Positions 25,995-40,214 of a DNA stretch of 64,000 nucleotides are shown here, in pieces; positions within the stretch are counted from its first letter, which is position 1; every line of letters starts with the position of its first letter. The stretch covers positions 16,093-80,092 of the forward strand of contig NMRA01000851.1 in NCBI GenBank assembly GCA_002633005.1. The letters run 5' to 3'. The position numbers and the translations under genes were made by a program. Source of the DNA: Phoronis australis. Taxonomy: Eukaryota; Animalia; Phoronida. The notes below the pieces were generated by a model, which saw nothing but the letters and a program-made list of their open reading frames with translations, made no database searches and was not told the DNA's origin.

Positions 25995-28900
25995 GGGGCT
26001 ATTCGGAAAATCTGCAATAACTAGAGGGCATGCTTGTACTAGTGGTGATAGATTAACAGCCTCGACTTCGCGAGCCCTTTAAATACATGGTGAAATGGCT
26101 TGCAGCCGTGCAACTGAATCTGAGATTGCGTAAAAAGGGTGCTTCTAAGAGAGGAAGTAAGCACGACCTCATACAAAGGTAAGGTTTGTGATTATTTTAA
26201 CAATTATTCCATGATTATTCTACCGATGCCTGTTAACTGAGGCACTCGCCGATGTCGACTTCGCGGCAGTCAGTCGCCAGCCATTGTCTGGTTAATCTTT
26301 GTATGTTGTGACATGTGATACGATACTTGATGTAGCAATCGGGATCTTTTCGTAGATCAAAGCATTATTATTGTTTGTAATGATTTCTTAAAGTTTATCA
26401 GTGACAGTTACACATCAATCAATGCTGAATGTTTATGCTGTCAACTCGATACAGGCTAATGAGTTAAGATTACAATCCAATCCCAATGGCAAAGGGTACG
26501 TGAGTGATAAATATCCATTGCATTAGACTATTTGTTTACTCCCTATCATCTTCTTCTGGAAATCTATTACACGTTGAAATGGAAATCTATCACGTCAGTT
26601 TTCACGTAACCTTTGGTTTTTAGGTTTGAAGGCTTCTACCGTGCAGAGGAGATATGCATCGCTTCTGCGCCGTCCCTGAATGGACAAAAATTGTTTTTTA
26701 GCATTTGACTGCAGCTAACCAACAAGATCTTCCCATCCAGTGCAGATCTGTTGTCAAAGCCTACATGTACTTTCAATATTGGAGACAACGAACAAAGCCT
26801 TTGAAAAAGAACAGCTATTTTTAAAGTCATTTTGTTAAATTACTTATTCAGGCCCCAAGGGGGGATTGGCATAGGGGGTTGTAATATTTGGTACAACGTG
26901 TGGAAATAACAGGTAATACATGTTCGGGAAAAGAGCATGGTGTGGTAATTCTTAACCTTCATGAAGTCCCTTCAAGTTGATTTCATGAAACTCTTTTGCT
27001 ACTTGTATCAATTGTAAAACCACGGAAATATATTACATTTTCTGAATTCACAGTGACTGAATAGTCTTAACTCATGCCTTGAAAGTCGTTATGAATTCAA
27101 AGGACTGCCATTTTTGTGAAATATCATTTTTGATGGTGCCTTAAGATTTGTAATTACTCTTAAACAACAGAAAGATTATCCATGACCCAAGTCTTTATAT
27201 CGTCTATTAAGAGAAAAACGATTCCCTCAACCTTAGGCTAGAAGTATGCTTGACAGACCCATGAACCTGTAATCTGAGTTTAAAATTGCTGAAAGTATCA
27301 AAATTAAAAAGGCTTGAAAATGGGTAACAAAGGTTTGAAGTTGTCTCAAAAACTTGTATATTTTACAGACAAGTGATGCGTTTAAAGAATTGTTATGGCT
27401 AGGGATAAAAAATAAAGACACAGTTTTATGCAATACTCATTATATACACCCTTGGTTTCTGAAAATAGCAATTATTTACTTTTATGTAAAACTGTAGACC
27501 AATCACCATATATTTTTGAAAAACAGGGATAACATTTTGATCCAATCTGGAGTACTTAATTATTCATATTTCAATATTTGTTCCAGGATCAGTGACATTT
27601 TAAGGCCACTTCAAACTGTATCATAGACAAGCTTTGTTACTCCGTTCTCTTCCCACAGCACTTCCACAAACCAGCAGTGCTGCATGGCACAATATGCTAG
27701 TCAGTGGCCCTGGAGAAATGTGAATCGCAGTACTAAGTTACCATAAGACAATGTTCCAGTGGAGTGTCTGTGTATCCAGACGAACTATATCTGACTGCTA
27801 CACAAATAAGCCTTGTTGGTGAGGATGCCCTTTCATAGACAATGAGTCATGTGTGGAAAATAGCTTATTTCCTTTCCTTGAAGAAACATGAGAGACTGAA
27901 GCTAAAGAAGACCTAGTCACACTCTGGTCTAGTTCAGAGTCTGATTTTGGGCTCAAAACGATTCAACTGATATGCTGCTGTGTTTACCTTCAATGGTCTA
28001 ATTGTGGATGTTATTGAGGCTTAATGAGGTTATATGAAAGAAAGCCACGTGTTGAAACTGGATCTTTTTTACAAGCACTTCTATAGGCCATTTAAACTAG
28101 AACCCAGTCAAATGAAAGCCAAAAGCTGAGTGACATTAAATTTTCCTTTCAGAAGAAAGGCTTTATACTATCGGTAAAAACTTTTCAATTTGGTACAGAT
28201 TATGGGGAAATGACATTCAGTGACTGCATCAATTGTCTTATTGTATGTTTTCATTTGTAGCTAGAGTAGCTGGATAAGAATTTGCTATGCACAAAATTCG
28301 AGAATAAACAATTATCAGTATATTTAAGAACGAATGGCAAACTGAAAAAGCACAGAAAGAAACAACATTGCGAGGGAGTCCATAATCAGGCATATCAGGT
28401 ACTGAATTTCTGAAATACGCTCAATTTTCTCAGGTTATTGCTGAAGGATTGCTTTTCACTTTCTCCAACGGTGAAATAGATGGTCAGGCGGTTGGTTTCA
28501 GTTGTTTTTTCTTGCCTGTAACAGAATAGAAATATAAGCAAATTGTAAAAGAAAAGACAAGACAAAACTACTTTTGTAAGGCAGAACATACTTGACCTTT
28601 CATCTTCATGCTTATGTGTAGAAACTAATAACCTTTGTACCCAAGTCTTATTTAATATCTGAATTAAAATAAGTGAAACAGGCTAAAAGTGATTTAACAT
28701 TGTGTATTTTTCATGACACTTAAAATGTGCTTCTGATCTCAACAAGTAAAATTCATTCTAGGTGTCAATTTTTTTCCAATGCAATGTTACGACAGTTACT
28801 GAATTAAGGCTTATTCATGTTAATTCGATAACTGAGCTGGTGGTCCTGGGGGTGGGGTCCACGATAAAATAAGGAAACTCACTCATCTAGAGAATTTTAT

Positions 28901-29297
28901 TGGAAACAGCATAGTTTTGAAGAGAAACTGCTGTGAAAAAGTCACTCTTGACTTCTGTGCATCACGTACTATACACCTCTTATCTTGGGAGCACTCCCAC
29001 CCAGGACAATATGAATATGTGCTGCTAGCCTATCCGGAATCAGGTGAGTTTCCAAAAAGAAACACTTAGTTCGACTCTATAAACCTGTTATTCAGTGGAG
29101 TAACTGGTGGGGATAACATCACCGAACGATGTTGATAGAAACTGATTGCTAAAAACTTACCAAGTAATGTTGTGTAGTCTCCGAATGGAAAAATTCCATC
29201 ATTTACCAGTTGTTTACATGCAGACAGCCACGCATGCGCAATTCAATCACCACTAGTACAGCAGCGACACCGCGAGCAGAATTCTCCGAATAGCCCC
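25995..29297. mobile_element. 3.3-kb TIR DNA transposon, copy 1 (PIF/Harbinger-ISL2EU-like, decayed)
   Basis: Termini ggggctattcggaaaatctgc / gcagaattctccgaatagcccc, flanked by AT on both sides. Homologous along its length to 36031-40171. Confidence 0.8.
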
Positions 29298-30463
29298 ATT
29301 GGCATTGCGTTTGGCTGCGTTGATTAAGGTGTTTCAAGGTTCTGGTTTAAAATCTCACGTTATCTCGAGGGGTTTGTGGACAAGTCTATGACTTCACTCA
29401 ATTATCTAGAAGTGCACTGTACATAGTGCAAGGCTTATCCCTTGGAAAGGGACAGAGGACTCCACTTCCCCCCGTATAATCCAGCATTCTTAACGAGCGA
29501 AAGGTAGAAATGTCCGCCAACAACCAACCACGTCTCTAAGTAAGTGATCATTTTATATACTACTATGAAACGGACCTTGGATTCACAGGTATTCCTTCAG
29601 GTTAACGGGTCTCAGAAGTCGAAGAGCAGAGCGTCATTTTCATCCTTTAATTTGCAGCCTAATAAACTATAAACTCATGTTTAAGATAATGTACACACAG
29701 TACGCTTGTACATCCAAGATCAACACTTTGGTCAACTTCGCAATATCACATCGCATAAGTAATATATGATCCATGAGAATCTTTCAGATACCCTACCTTA
29801 TAAATTGTTCTCTAGAACGCTGTTTTAAAAGATTGCACTTTTCAATAAAGACCTACTGTATCTGTACACAGGACTGGCATGATTTGTCTAAGCAGGTTGA
29901 AATTAGTCAAAATCACGACAATATTTTAAAAATTGCAATAGCGTTTCTGAAACAGTACGTTGATTAGTCTTGGGTCAGGAAGTTAGTTATGTACTTGACC
30001 GTGTTAGTTTGCTAGGAATGTAACGTTCGATCTGTTTGTATTTTAAGTATCGTTACGTGAGCATCTTATTGTTATACTGGTTTACTGAAAACACTGACAT
30101 TTTACCCAAAATCTGCTGGCAAAAAATCGTGCTTTTGCTATAGTTTGTACAAACTTTTCGATATACTGTAATCCTGCATAACATTGATCTCGCTGGCACA
30201 TGAATATCCCAATTAATCTTTACATAATCATCCATTTTTGAAGTTGCATGACTTTCCTTTGGGAAGGGGCCGTTTATCAAGACCAACGCAAATTAAATTT
30301 TTAGTCTTTTTGTAATATCTAAAACGAACCAATTTAAAACTGCTCTCCACATCGCAGGTTATAACTATGTGCAAATAACAGAGAAAAAAAATTTGGGTGT
30401 AATAACAGCCACCATTGTTTAAGAAACTAATGCTAACTATTACTTTTCCACTTCATTAGCTAA

Positions 30464-30711
30464 GGGACCCGTTCCAACAAAACTGACTTAGCTAAGACAA
30501 ATCTTAAATTTTAGTAAATTTTAAAATAAAAGTTAAGTTCATTTCAAAACCAATTCAAGAAAGAGATCTTAAGTTGACTTAAGTGTTTAACAGAAGTTTT
30601 GTCTTAATTTTGTCAAACTTACCGAATGTGGAAGTTTCAAAGTTTAGAAGTTAAGACAATTCTTAAACTTAAGTCAAAAATGAACTTAAGTCAGTTTCTT
30701 GGAACAGGCCC
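30464..30711. mobile_element. Harbinger-like MITE, inverted homolog of 18355-18608
   Basis: gggacccgttccaacaaaactgactta ... taagtcagtttcttggaacaggccc. Shares the internal cttaccgaatgtgga motif in the opposite orientation. Confidence 0.7.
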
Positions 30712-30859
30712 CAGATCTACATCAATACAAAGGGCGTGCTGAATAGGCCAACGGAATCAGAGCGGTGACCATTGTAAGCTAGAAATTTTCAACATGAAAA
30801 AACATACGACCTCCAGGAGCCTTCCGACAACTACAGGGATAGAATTGGGAATTTCTCAT

Positions 30860-31740
30860 CTTGTTATCATAATCAACCTCAGTGGTGTGATTTAAAGTTG
30901 TAGGATCAGGAAAATGCTTATCCAATATGACTCTGGGGAATTCACTAGATGAAGTAGTGCATGTCCATCAACGCGTAGGATTGTCTCCAAATGAACAGTC
31001 TGATCTTCCCTCAGGACCTGAACAAGATAGACTTGACCATTCCTGCCACGAGCTCCGATTTGTGACACAGACTGTCAATTCATTTCACTATCTGCACGTA
31101 AGGCAATCCTATGAGATTTCCTTGTAATCCGGAAGAGAAGTGAGCTCTTTGGTCCATGAAATCTGGCGATTAGTTTTTCTCCTGAGACTTATTACTCTTG
31201 TATTGTGAGCAACATTACGGACTCTAGTCAACGAATCTGGGACAGTATCACATAGCTTGTGAACTGATTTCAGCACGTGTGCGGAAATCCTGTCAATCAT
31301 TTTTAATGATTTTGCTATACACAGTGTATAGGGTACGGCGAACATGTAAATTAACACCTTGAATCCAATATACCCGTAACATAAAAAGATACATGTAGGA
31401 CTGTGAATCTACTATCCAACACCTAACCGCATCAACTGCAAGTATATTCACTAAATTCAGGTTAAAGATCTCGTGGCGATTCATAAAAACAAAAGCACTT
31501 TCATTTTGTCTGTTGCAAATGGTCAGTTTATTAGCGACATTTATTTTTTACACGGATACATCTCTACAATTGGAAACAGAACTATTGATCACCTCATGGA
31601 GAACAATGGCATCACACCTTATCATTAAAGGACTCTGACATTTACTGCATAGTTGTGGAACACTGTATCAATTGGAGGTTCTTCAACTGGTTCCTTGTCA
31701 TATCTGCTGATATACAGAAACTTCGTGCTCATTAACGCCA
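30860..31740 (-). mobile_element. Highly degraded LINE (CR1/L2-like) ORF2 3' remnant
   Basis: Broken frames resembling post-RT LINE sequence (...VRNVAHNTR..., CSFGDNPT then HYFI in a shifted frame), with many stops. Confidence 0.4.
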
Positions 31741-33997
31741 AAAAGGTCGCACACTACAGTGGCAGCAGTGATAATTTAGATATCAAACCAGCTGCTATTG
31801 GCCTCAAGATGCTATCCAGTCGCTCGTAATATGGTTTTGTATAACGAGAAACGTTAAAAGGGAACTGTATTTTATTCTGAATAAATTTTGGATATTTTTT
31901 CTATGAACTGTTGATTAATTTCACAAATAATTCAACAACAAAGAGCAAACTTATATTCTCTGACCAAGCTCAAAAAATTACAGGCTTGTAGCGCTGCTTC
32001 TTGTGACGTATTTGGCGGGGGAAAAGTCACTGTCCTGTGTTAGCGTGCAGTCAAGTGGCGTTTTTCATATTGTCAGAATAAGAAATTTTAGAGTGAAATG
32101 TCGGGTCACCAGGGATACCTGATTGAGTCGAGGCAACACAAAGTGATACCCAGTCGTCGTCATCGCCAGACGAAAATTTGCCGGACGGGTGCAACCAGTC
32201 CGTGTCAACAATTTACACTGGTTTGACTGTGCCGTGGGCAGTGTGGACTCTAGCCAGTCAGTCAGCCAGCTGCCTGCCAAAACTCAGCTCTGTAAACTTG
32301 AAGACTTGGTTAGTTACCGACTATAGCTGTATGACTATCGTACCACTGTGTGTTGAGCTTCGTTAACCCCGAAATTTCAGACAGCCGTTGACAAATCAGG
32401 TACAGTTGACTTTTGCTCGTCACCTTGTCACAAAATTAAGGCTACTTCAACATATAAAGGCAACGGACCGGCGGGGGCGCATGCAAAATCTGGTATAAAC
32501 GGACACTCACATTGTTCGCTGCAGCCGCTTAAGTTGAAAACAATCAAATAAACGTCATTTGGTAGCATATTTTGCCGCCATTTGTAACAAAGAAGTGGTT
32601 TGTCCGTTTCAGAAACATGGTGCACTCGACATTTCCTAAAAATTTGAGACGTCTTTCGGGACATGATGACAGCTTCCCAGCACCAAAGTTGTTCTAAATT
32701 TCGGTTTGCTGGCATAAAAATACTAAAAACATGTAACGAAATGAAACAAGTTCCGATAATTTATTGTAACATACATGTATACGTGTACATGCACGCAACT
32801 TAGGTACCGGCAGCGACGATAAAAGAATCGGGGGAAAAGAAACTGGTAAAGGTCAGGTGACTTAATCGCAAAAGCAGACTTGAGAGAACACATCACAACT
32901 TTAGCAGCAGCCGATGAACGATCGCTTTTCCAACACCGGTAAATACTGAAGTTAGTTTACTCTAGGAACCTGTTTTCTAGCATTACTCAAGGGTGAGATT
33001 ACATGTAGTTTGAATGACATTAATTTTGAGTAAGGTTTGGGCCAAGTCTTGGGTAATCCGGCGATGGTATGCGATGACCATCCCTTTAGAAGGCACCTTT
33101 TCGAAAAGTGTGAGCAACCGGGTGCCATAATAAAAGGTATAGCGAACCTTTTACAACACTGCAGCAAGCAACAAAAATAAGGACGATTGATACATTGATA
33201 AATTACGATGTAAAGTCTTCAAAATATGACATAAGCAATGAATGTGTAAAGCAGCCGATACCCAGCCATTCACGTAACTGACACATCAGCCAATCAGCGA
33301 TCGCTTTCAGGATTTAACCATGAATACGAATCGGCTTTTGTTTGACACGCAAGTCAGGCAAATGTGAGTTTTATTTGTATGTTAGAACCGATTAACTGCA
33401 ACATCATTTTGACTACAGTCCCCTTTAAAGCACCGTGTTCCCCTTACAGTAACGCTGTTGGATCAGAGACACAAAACATGTCTCTTTATTTGCATACTTC
33501 TTTTGTTGCAGGAGGACAATACCCTACAAAAATAACAATCCAGTTGAAGAAGGCACAGCGCCAAAAGTTTTATGATATTTGTCGCCAAGCAATCAGCTAT
33601 TGAAACCTGGGCAGGTAATTTGATGTCATTTGCGCGCATTACACGGTTTGGCCAAGAGTACCAAAAAACAGCAGAGGTCAGGTCAATAGGTTCTTCAGGA
33701 AGGAAGTTTTAAAGTCCGACTATCTCCTTTTAAATTATACAGGCTTTTCCATAAGTTGCCTTTCACATTAGACCAGTGTTGAAGGTGGGTAGCAGTGGCA
33801 CGCAGTACATCACCCTATAAAAAGTGGGTACCACACTCGTGGTACATACTGGGCTTCCCATATGCCAATGATGGCAATGTGTCGGGCTTCGTAACCAGTA
33901 ACCGTCGAACGATTAATGACGGGATTTAAGCCCAAGTAATCAAAACCTGTTTGAACCATTTGGCTTAATAACATTGGGATGTATCTGCAGGAATTGA

Positions 33998-35596
33998 AGG
34001 AGAATACCATCCGATTGAATTAGTTTTTTTTACCTTCTATATCCACATCGCCTCTTACACGGTCGACCTCATCTTGCCGAGAGGTGTTGCGTAACCTGTG
34101 AGGAAAGTGAGAAACGACGCAGTGACGTCAGTGTTTCGTCTGCTCAGTGACTACCACTATATTGCGGTGTATCGTTCCCGCTTGTCGGAATTATGAAGCA
34201 ACCAAGAGAGCCCGGAATGCTTAGGAAGTGGCTCGCAGTAGTGAAGAATGAAAGGTACACTGTTAATAGCAAGTATGAAGCCGTGAATCATCTCCGTGTC
34301 TGTGGCCGGCATTTCTTCGACAGTGATTTCTATGACGAATTCCGGCTTACCAAAGAAGTATCCATACGTTCCATTGCCTGTGCATGTTCACGGCGCCTCT
34401 CTAATATTTCTTGATCATTGTACATCGGTTCGAACTGATAGCCTGTGAAACCTAAGGACCCGACCCGATGAGCTCTCGACTAAGTCAGGACTGGCGCCGG
34501 ACGAGTTGCCAAGTAGATATTTATTATTCTGCGTTCCGTTTCAAAATGAATTATTCTCATCCTAACCAATGCTTACATAAAACTGAAACAAAATTTGTCT
34601 CAATAGATAAAATTACAATGCCTTTGCGGTGTTCGTGAGCTCCAATGTTGAGAAACCAGCAATGAACAAACCACTTCGTTATCGTTTTTTGATGCCGGCA
34701 GCAAAGGTAGTCCGTTTAAGCGCGTGCTTATTCAGTGTTTGCTAACAGAAAGCTGTTTTGGAACAATTACTCGATTTTGTATGCTATGGTCACATGTTAG
34801 GGGAATTTTTATTTAGAAATACAAATACAGTATTCAACTCATTGTTTCTGCACAACCTTTGCTCTGACGGTCTGTGGAAGGGGAAACCGTTTTCGCCGCC
34901 CCCGAAAAGTAAGTAGATTTTCAGTTTCGTGGCTAATTCACATAAATAATTACGTGCAAATTATTTCTTTGGATCATTTCAAATGAGAATATGTTTATAC
35001 ATGTAGTCTTTTCGTGACTGCAGGTTTTGTTTCCAACTCAAGGTGGTTTATGTTCGTGCCAGTCTCGGCGTTCGCGACGGGCCTGATCGAGTTCCGAGCC
35101 ATCGGTCAGGATAACAAGCGATTTGCGTGTTCAGAACTCAAAAAATCGCAACTCTAAACAACACAGATCTAGGTTCTCCTATCTGTATTTCACGGAAAAA
35201 TACTTTGAATTTATCTCCGAACATACCTCAAACTTCTGCTACGGACCTTGGTAAAATGGCATGCAGATCTTTGTAGGCTACGGTGTGTCCAAAGACCAAT
35301 AAATCCGTAACAGCGAAATAAAACAACACGTTTGTATAAGAACTCGGTGTACTTTTAAGGGATTTACATCGAAATTTGATGCTTTATTGGTGATAAACGA
35401 TGATTTCAAGCGGTAAGCTGACACCAATAACCAGTGTTGTGAACTCCTGAACAGACTGCGTGTGAAACCAATTGGAAAATTTCAACACCTCGTCTGCCGT
35501 CAGGTGTCAGGTGACGCAACCGAACGTGCCGTTGTCGAGTAGAACTACTCGATCTAAATTGATACAAAATAGGTTGTTTTTTGGTGGCATTCTCCT
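33998..35596 (+). mobile_element. Kolobok-like non-autonomous DNA transposon with THAP remnant
   Basis: ttga|aggagaataccatcc ... ggtggcattctcct|ttaa (TTAA-like TSD, AGG/CCT ends). THAP pieces CIVPACRN and PREP..RKWL..RVCGRHF at ~34165-34360. Confidence 0.75.
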
Positions 35597-35650
35597 TTAA
35601 GTGACGGGCGGTGGGCTGCAGACTGGGTATGTAGGTAGTTCGTGCTCTCA

Positions 35651-35986
35651 TCATGTAGCATCCTTATGATATCGGAAAAAAGAGTTCAGGTGCCTGTACT
35701 GTACACAATGCAGATCGCTGGTTCGTGTCTTTGCGAGTCGGTCTACATTTTCGTTGCTGTTAATACCTACATGGACCCTCACCCAGTGTTCATTGACGTT
35801 TGTTACAACTGCAAGTTTGTTAATCTCATTAGCGCAAGCATTAGACAAGACACTTGGTTTCTGCAGGGGTTTTACTGCAACTTTGGTAATTGAAAACATG
35901 GTAATGGACCGGTTGACCACCTTTTCATTGTACTCGCGTGACATAAACAATGATACTTCCAAGCAGCTCAAAACAAGCAATCGCAT
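35651..35986 (-). mobile_element. RNase H fragment of a non-LTR retrotransposon (I/Nimb/Ingi/LOA-like)
   Basis: HWVRVHVGINSNENVDRLAK matches the RNase H motif W-V-x-x-H-x-G-I-x-G-N-E-x-x-D-x-L-A-K. Confidence 0.7.
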
Positions 35987-36030
35987 CTATTTATATGTTA
36001 CAAAGCATAATTAATACATGACTGCATAAT

Positions 36031-39000
36031 GGGGCTCTTCGGAAAATCTACAATAACTATAGGGTGCGCGTGTACTAGTGGTGATAGATTAATAGCCTCG
36101 ATTTCGCGAGCCCTTTAAATACATGGTGAAATGGCTTACAGCCGTTCCAACTGAATCTGAGATTGCGTAAAAAAGGGGCTTCTACATGTATGAGAGGAAG
36201 TAAGCACGACCTTATACAAAGGTAAGGTTTGTGATTATTTTANAAATGCTTACAGCCGGACAAAATGTTGTGATATCCTAGATCCGCCACTGCAATCAAT
36301 GCTGATTGTTTATGCTGTCAGCTCGATACAGGTTAATGAGTTAAGATTACAATCCAAGCCCAATGATAAAGCGCGGTACATGACAAATATCCATTGCGTT
36401 AGACTATTTGTTTACTCACTATCATATGTCTTCTGGAAATCTATTACACGATGAAATGGAAATCTATCACGTCTGTTTTCACGTAACCTTTGGTTTTTAG
36501 GTTTGCGGGCTTGTACCGTGCAGAGGAGACATACATCGCTTCTGTACCATCCCTGAATGGACAAAAATTGGTTTTTAGCATTTGACTGCAGCTAACCAGC
36601 AAGATCTTCCCATCCAGTGCAGATATTTTGTCAAAGCCTACAGTACAGCCAGTGAATTATTAGACTCTCTCCGGTGTCTCTCCGGTCTAGCCACCCGTGA
36701 CCGTAACCGGAGACAGACCGGAGAGTGAGACGTGAATCAACCGTGACAGCTGGAATGAGCCTAACCCGGATTTTACCGTGAGTTAGGCGTGAACAAAGCG
36801 CGAGCCAGCCGTGAGCCAGGCGTGAGTTTACCTACATCGCAGATGAAAAAGTAATTTATCAAAATTATATCAGAAACTAGCAGTTATGTGTGTGTTCTCA
36901 TACACTTTTGCTCATGTGAGGTTTATTTTTTTGAAATCGTCACGTTCAGCAAAAGACCAAAATTTTCTTCTCAAATCTTAAGTCACTTCAGGAAACAGAC
37001 CTGTGGACTATACTTTTCACTTATATATAATTATTTGTTTTTATATAAACTAATAAAGAATCTTAACACGCGTGTACATGGCGAACTTATTCAATTGCCT
37101 CCACGATATAAAGGAGCATAGCATGTCAATTCTCAGCACATTGATACCAAGTTCCGGCTTCAAGCGGAGAAAACTGATCGTGCCCATGCATTTGACCAGT
37201 CAAACAGATCACTGCTATTATTATTTTAGTGAAGAAGTACCCCGGAGATACTGTGAACTCAGTCGAAACGCATGTACTACGTGGATGGGGTTACAAATAC
37301 ACTGTAATTTAACTGCACTACGGATTGAGGACTTTTTAGTCAAAACATTTGCTTGCAGGAAGGGATGGGTATGTCAGAGTGGCGGCCTATTGAATTTTTG
37401 TGTACCCCAGTGCGGTGAAAAAATTTACGAAGTGACACAATACTTCAAAAGATGCATAGGCTATTTTTAGGGCAAATTAACTATACCAACACGTGACAAG
37501 TTTATAGGAGTCCACAGCCATGTAAAGACGACTCTGGACACAGGGTTGCGTATATTCGTATTTACTAATCGTGGTTATTGTACATGTATGTCGTTGATGG
37601 GACTGGCTCTTAAGTCGTAAATAGAAAATGTACATGTAACCGTAACACAAGATGAGCTGCAGGAAGACGTTTGTATGAACAACACGTGGAATTACAAAGT
37701 GTAACCCAAGTGTAATAGGTGAATGCTTGCAAAGATACTATATAATATACTATAATGTCTTTGCAACTTGTCCGAAACGACAGGCAATCAAGACGTTACA
37801 GGTATTTTTATTGATTAGACCGGTGCCCTACCATGGTTACCACAGGTACCGAAGGCGTGAAGAAAGCCTGAGGAAAGCGTGAACTAAACCAGAGGCAAGC
37901 GTGAGGACTACCCGGAGATTGGGCGTGAGGTGACCGTGACTGATTTCTGTCACGCCTGCGTTCCGGCTCGGCTCCGCTCTGGCCAGGCGTGAGGTAGTCC
38001 GGACGAAGTCTAAAAATTCAGTGGCTGTACTGTACTTTCAATATTGGAGGCAACGAACAATACCTTTGAAAAGGAACAGCTATTTTTAAAGAAAGGTATG
38101 TAAGTCATTTTGTTAATTTACTTATTCAGGTCCTTAGCGGGGGATTGGCATGTGGGGTTGAGGTTGTAATATTTGGTACAACTGCATGTGTGGAAATAAC
38201 AGGTAATACATGTTTGGGGCAAAGAGCATGGTGAGGCAATTCTTAACCTTCATGAAGTCCCTTCAAGTTGATATCTTGAAACTGTTTTGCTACTTGTATC
38301 AGTTGTAAACCAATGAAAATATATTTACATTTTCTGAATTCACAGTGATTGAATAGTCTTAACTCATGCTTTGAAATGTTGCAAGTCGTTATACATTCAA
38401 ATGTCTGAAATTTTTATGAAAATTGCATTTTTGATGATGCTTTACGATTTGTAATTACTCTTAAACAACAAAAAGATTAGTCATTTTTAAATTACCCAAG
38501 TCTTCATATCTTCTATTAGGAGAAAAATTAAAAGTCTGAGAAACGGTCCCCTCAACCTTAGACTAGAAGTATTCTTGACAGACCCATGAACCTGTAATCG
38601 GAGTTTGAAATTGCTGAAAGTATCAAATTTAAAAAGGCTTCAAGTGATATGCTGCTGTGTTTACCTCCAAGTGTCTAATTGTGGATGTTATTGAGGCTGA
38701 ATGAGGTTACATCAAAAAAGACACATATCGAAATTGGAACTTCTTTACAAGCGCTTCTATAGGCCATTGAAACTAGATCCCAGTGAAATGAAAGCCAAAA
38801 ACTGAGTGACATTAAATTTTCCTTTCAGAGGAAAGGCTTTATACTATTGGTAAAAAATTTCAATTTGGTACACATTGTGGGGAAATGACATTCAGTGACT
38901 TCATCGATTGTCTTATTGTATGTTTTCAGTTGTAGCTAGCTGGCTAAGAATCTGCTATGCACAAGATTCGAGAATAAAGAATAATCAGTGTACTTAAAAA

Positions 39001-40171
39001 CAAATGGCAAACTGAAACAGCACAGAAAGAAACAACATTGCAACGGAGTCTATAATCAGGCATATCAAGTGCTAATTTCTGAATTACGTTCAATTCTCTC
39101 AGGTTATTGCTGAAGGATTGCTTTTCACTTTTTCCAAAGGTAAAATAGGTGGCCGGGCGGTTGGTTTCAGTTGTTTTCTCTCACCTGTAACAGAATAGTC
39201 GGAGAAATATTAGCATATTGTAAAGGAAAAGACAAGACAAAACTACTTTTGTAAGGCAGAACATACTGGACGTTTCATCTTCATGTTTATGTGTAGAAAC
39301 TAATAACCTTTTTACCCAAGTCTCATTTAACATCTGGATTAAAATATGTGAAATAGACTAAAAGTGATTTAACAATGTGTATTTTTCATGACACTTAAAA
39401 TGTGCTTCTGCTCTCAACAAGTAAAATTCATTCTAGGTGTCATTTTTTCCAACGCAATGTTACGACATTTACTGAATTAAGGCTTATTCATGTTAATTCG
39501 ATAACTGAGCTGGTGGTCCTGGGGGTGGGGTCCGCGATAAAATAAGGAAACTCACTCATCTAGAGAATTTTAATGGAAACAGCATAGTTCTGAAGAGAAA
39601 CTGCTGTGAAAAAGTCACTCTTGACTCCTGTGCATCACGTACCATACACCTCCTATTTTGGGAACACTCCCACCCAGGACAATATGAATATGTGCTGCTA
39701 GACTACCCGGCATCGGGTGAGTTCCCTAATAGAAACACTTAGTTGCACTCAATAAATATGTTATTCAGTGGAGTAACTGGTGGGGATAACATCACCGAAC
39801 GATGTTGATAGAAACTTGATTGCTAAAAACTTACCAAGTAAAGTTGTGTACATGTAGTCTCCGAATGGAACTGCATACAGTAGTCATAGAGCAAACACGG
39901 GGCTTCAGCATCCACACACTTTTTGTCAGTTACTTGACTCTTTTGACCGCAATTGTCCACGGATATAGTAACTTTAGGTCTTTTGGGAATTTTGGTCACC
40001 TGTCGAAGACTTGCACCAAAGAAAATAGAAGTAATAAGGCTAAGGGCGACGACGTATTTTGATAAGAATTCATCTTTTATCAGTTGTTTACATGCAGACA
40101 GCCATGCATGCGCAATTTAATCACAACTAGTACAGCAGCGACACCGCGAGGAGAATTCTCCAAATAGCCCC
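36031..40171. mobile_element. TIR DNA transposon, copy 2 of 25995-29297, with nested insertions and an internal deletion
   Basis: Same ggggct..cggaaaatc / gaattctcc.aatagcccc termini and AT flanks. Lacks ~27320-27965 of copy 1. Carries inserts at 36641-38032 and ~39870-40065. Confidence 0.8.
36641..38032. mobile_element. Nested non-autonomous TA-TSD element (Tc1/mariner-type ends CAGTA...TACTG)
   Basis: 26-bp TIR cagtacagccagtgaattattagact / agtctaaaaattcagtggctgtactg. TA at 36639-40 and 38033-34. Subterminal (c/g)cgtga repeats. Absent from copy 1. Confidence 0.88.
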
Positions 40172-40214
40172 ATTTAGCAAAATGATTCTTGCAAATCTAC
40201 AGCAAAACACTCAC

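Noticed and set aside
35651-35986. Possible missing FTP N-half exon (VAVKPLQKPS...KLAV)
   Set aside because: Better explained as retroelement RNase H. It lacks the DG and WWxVDL motifs.
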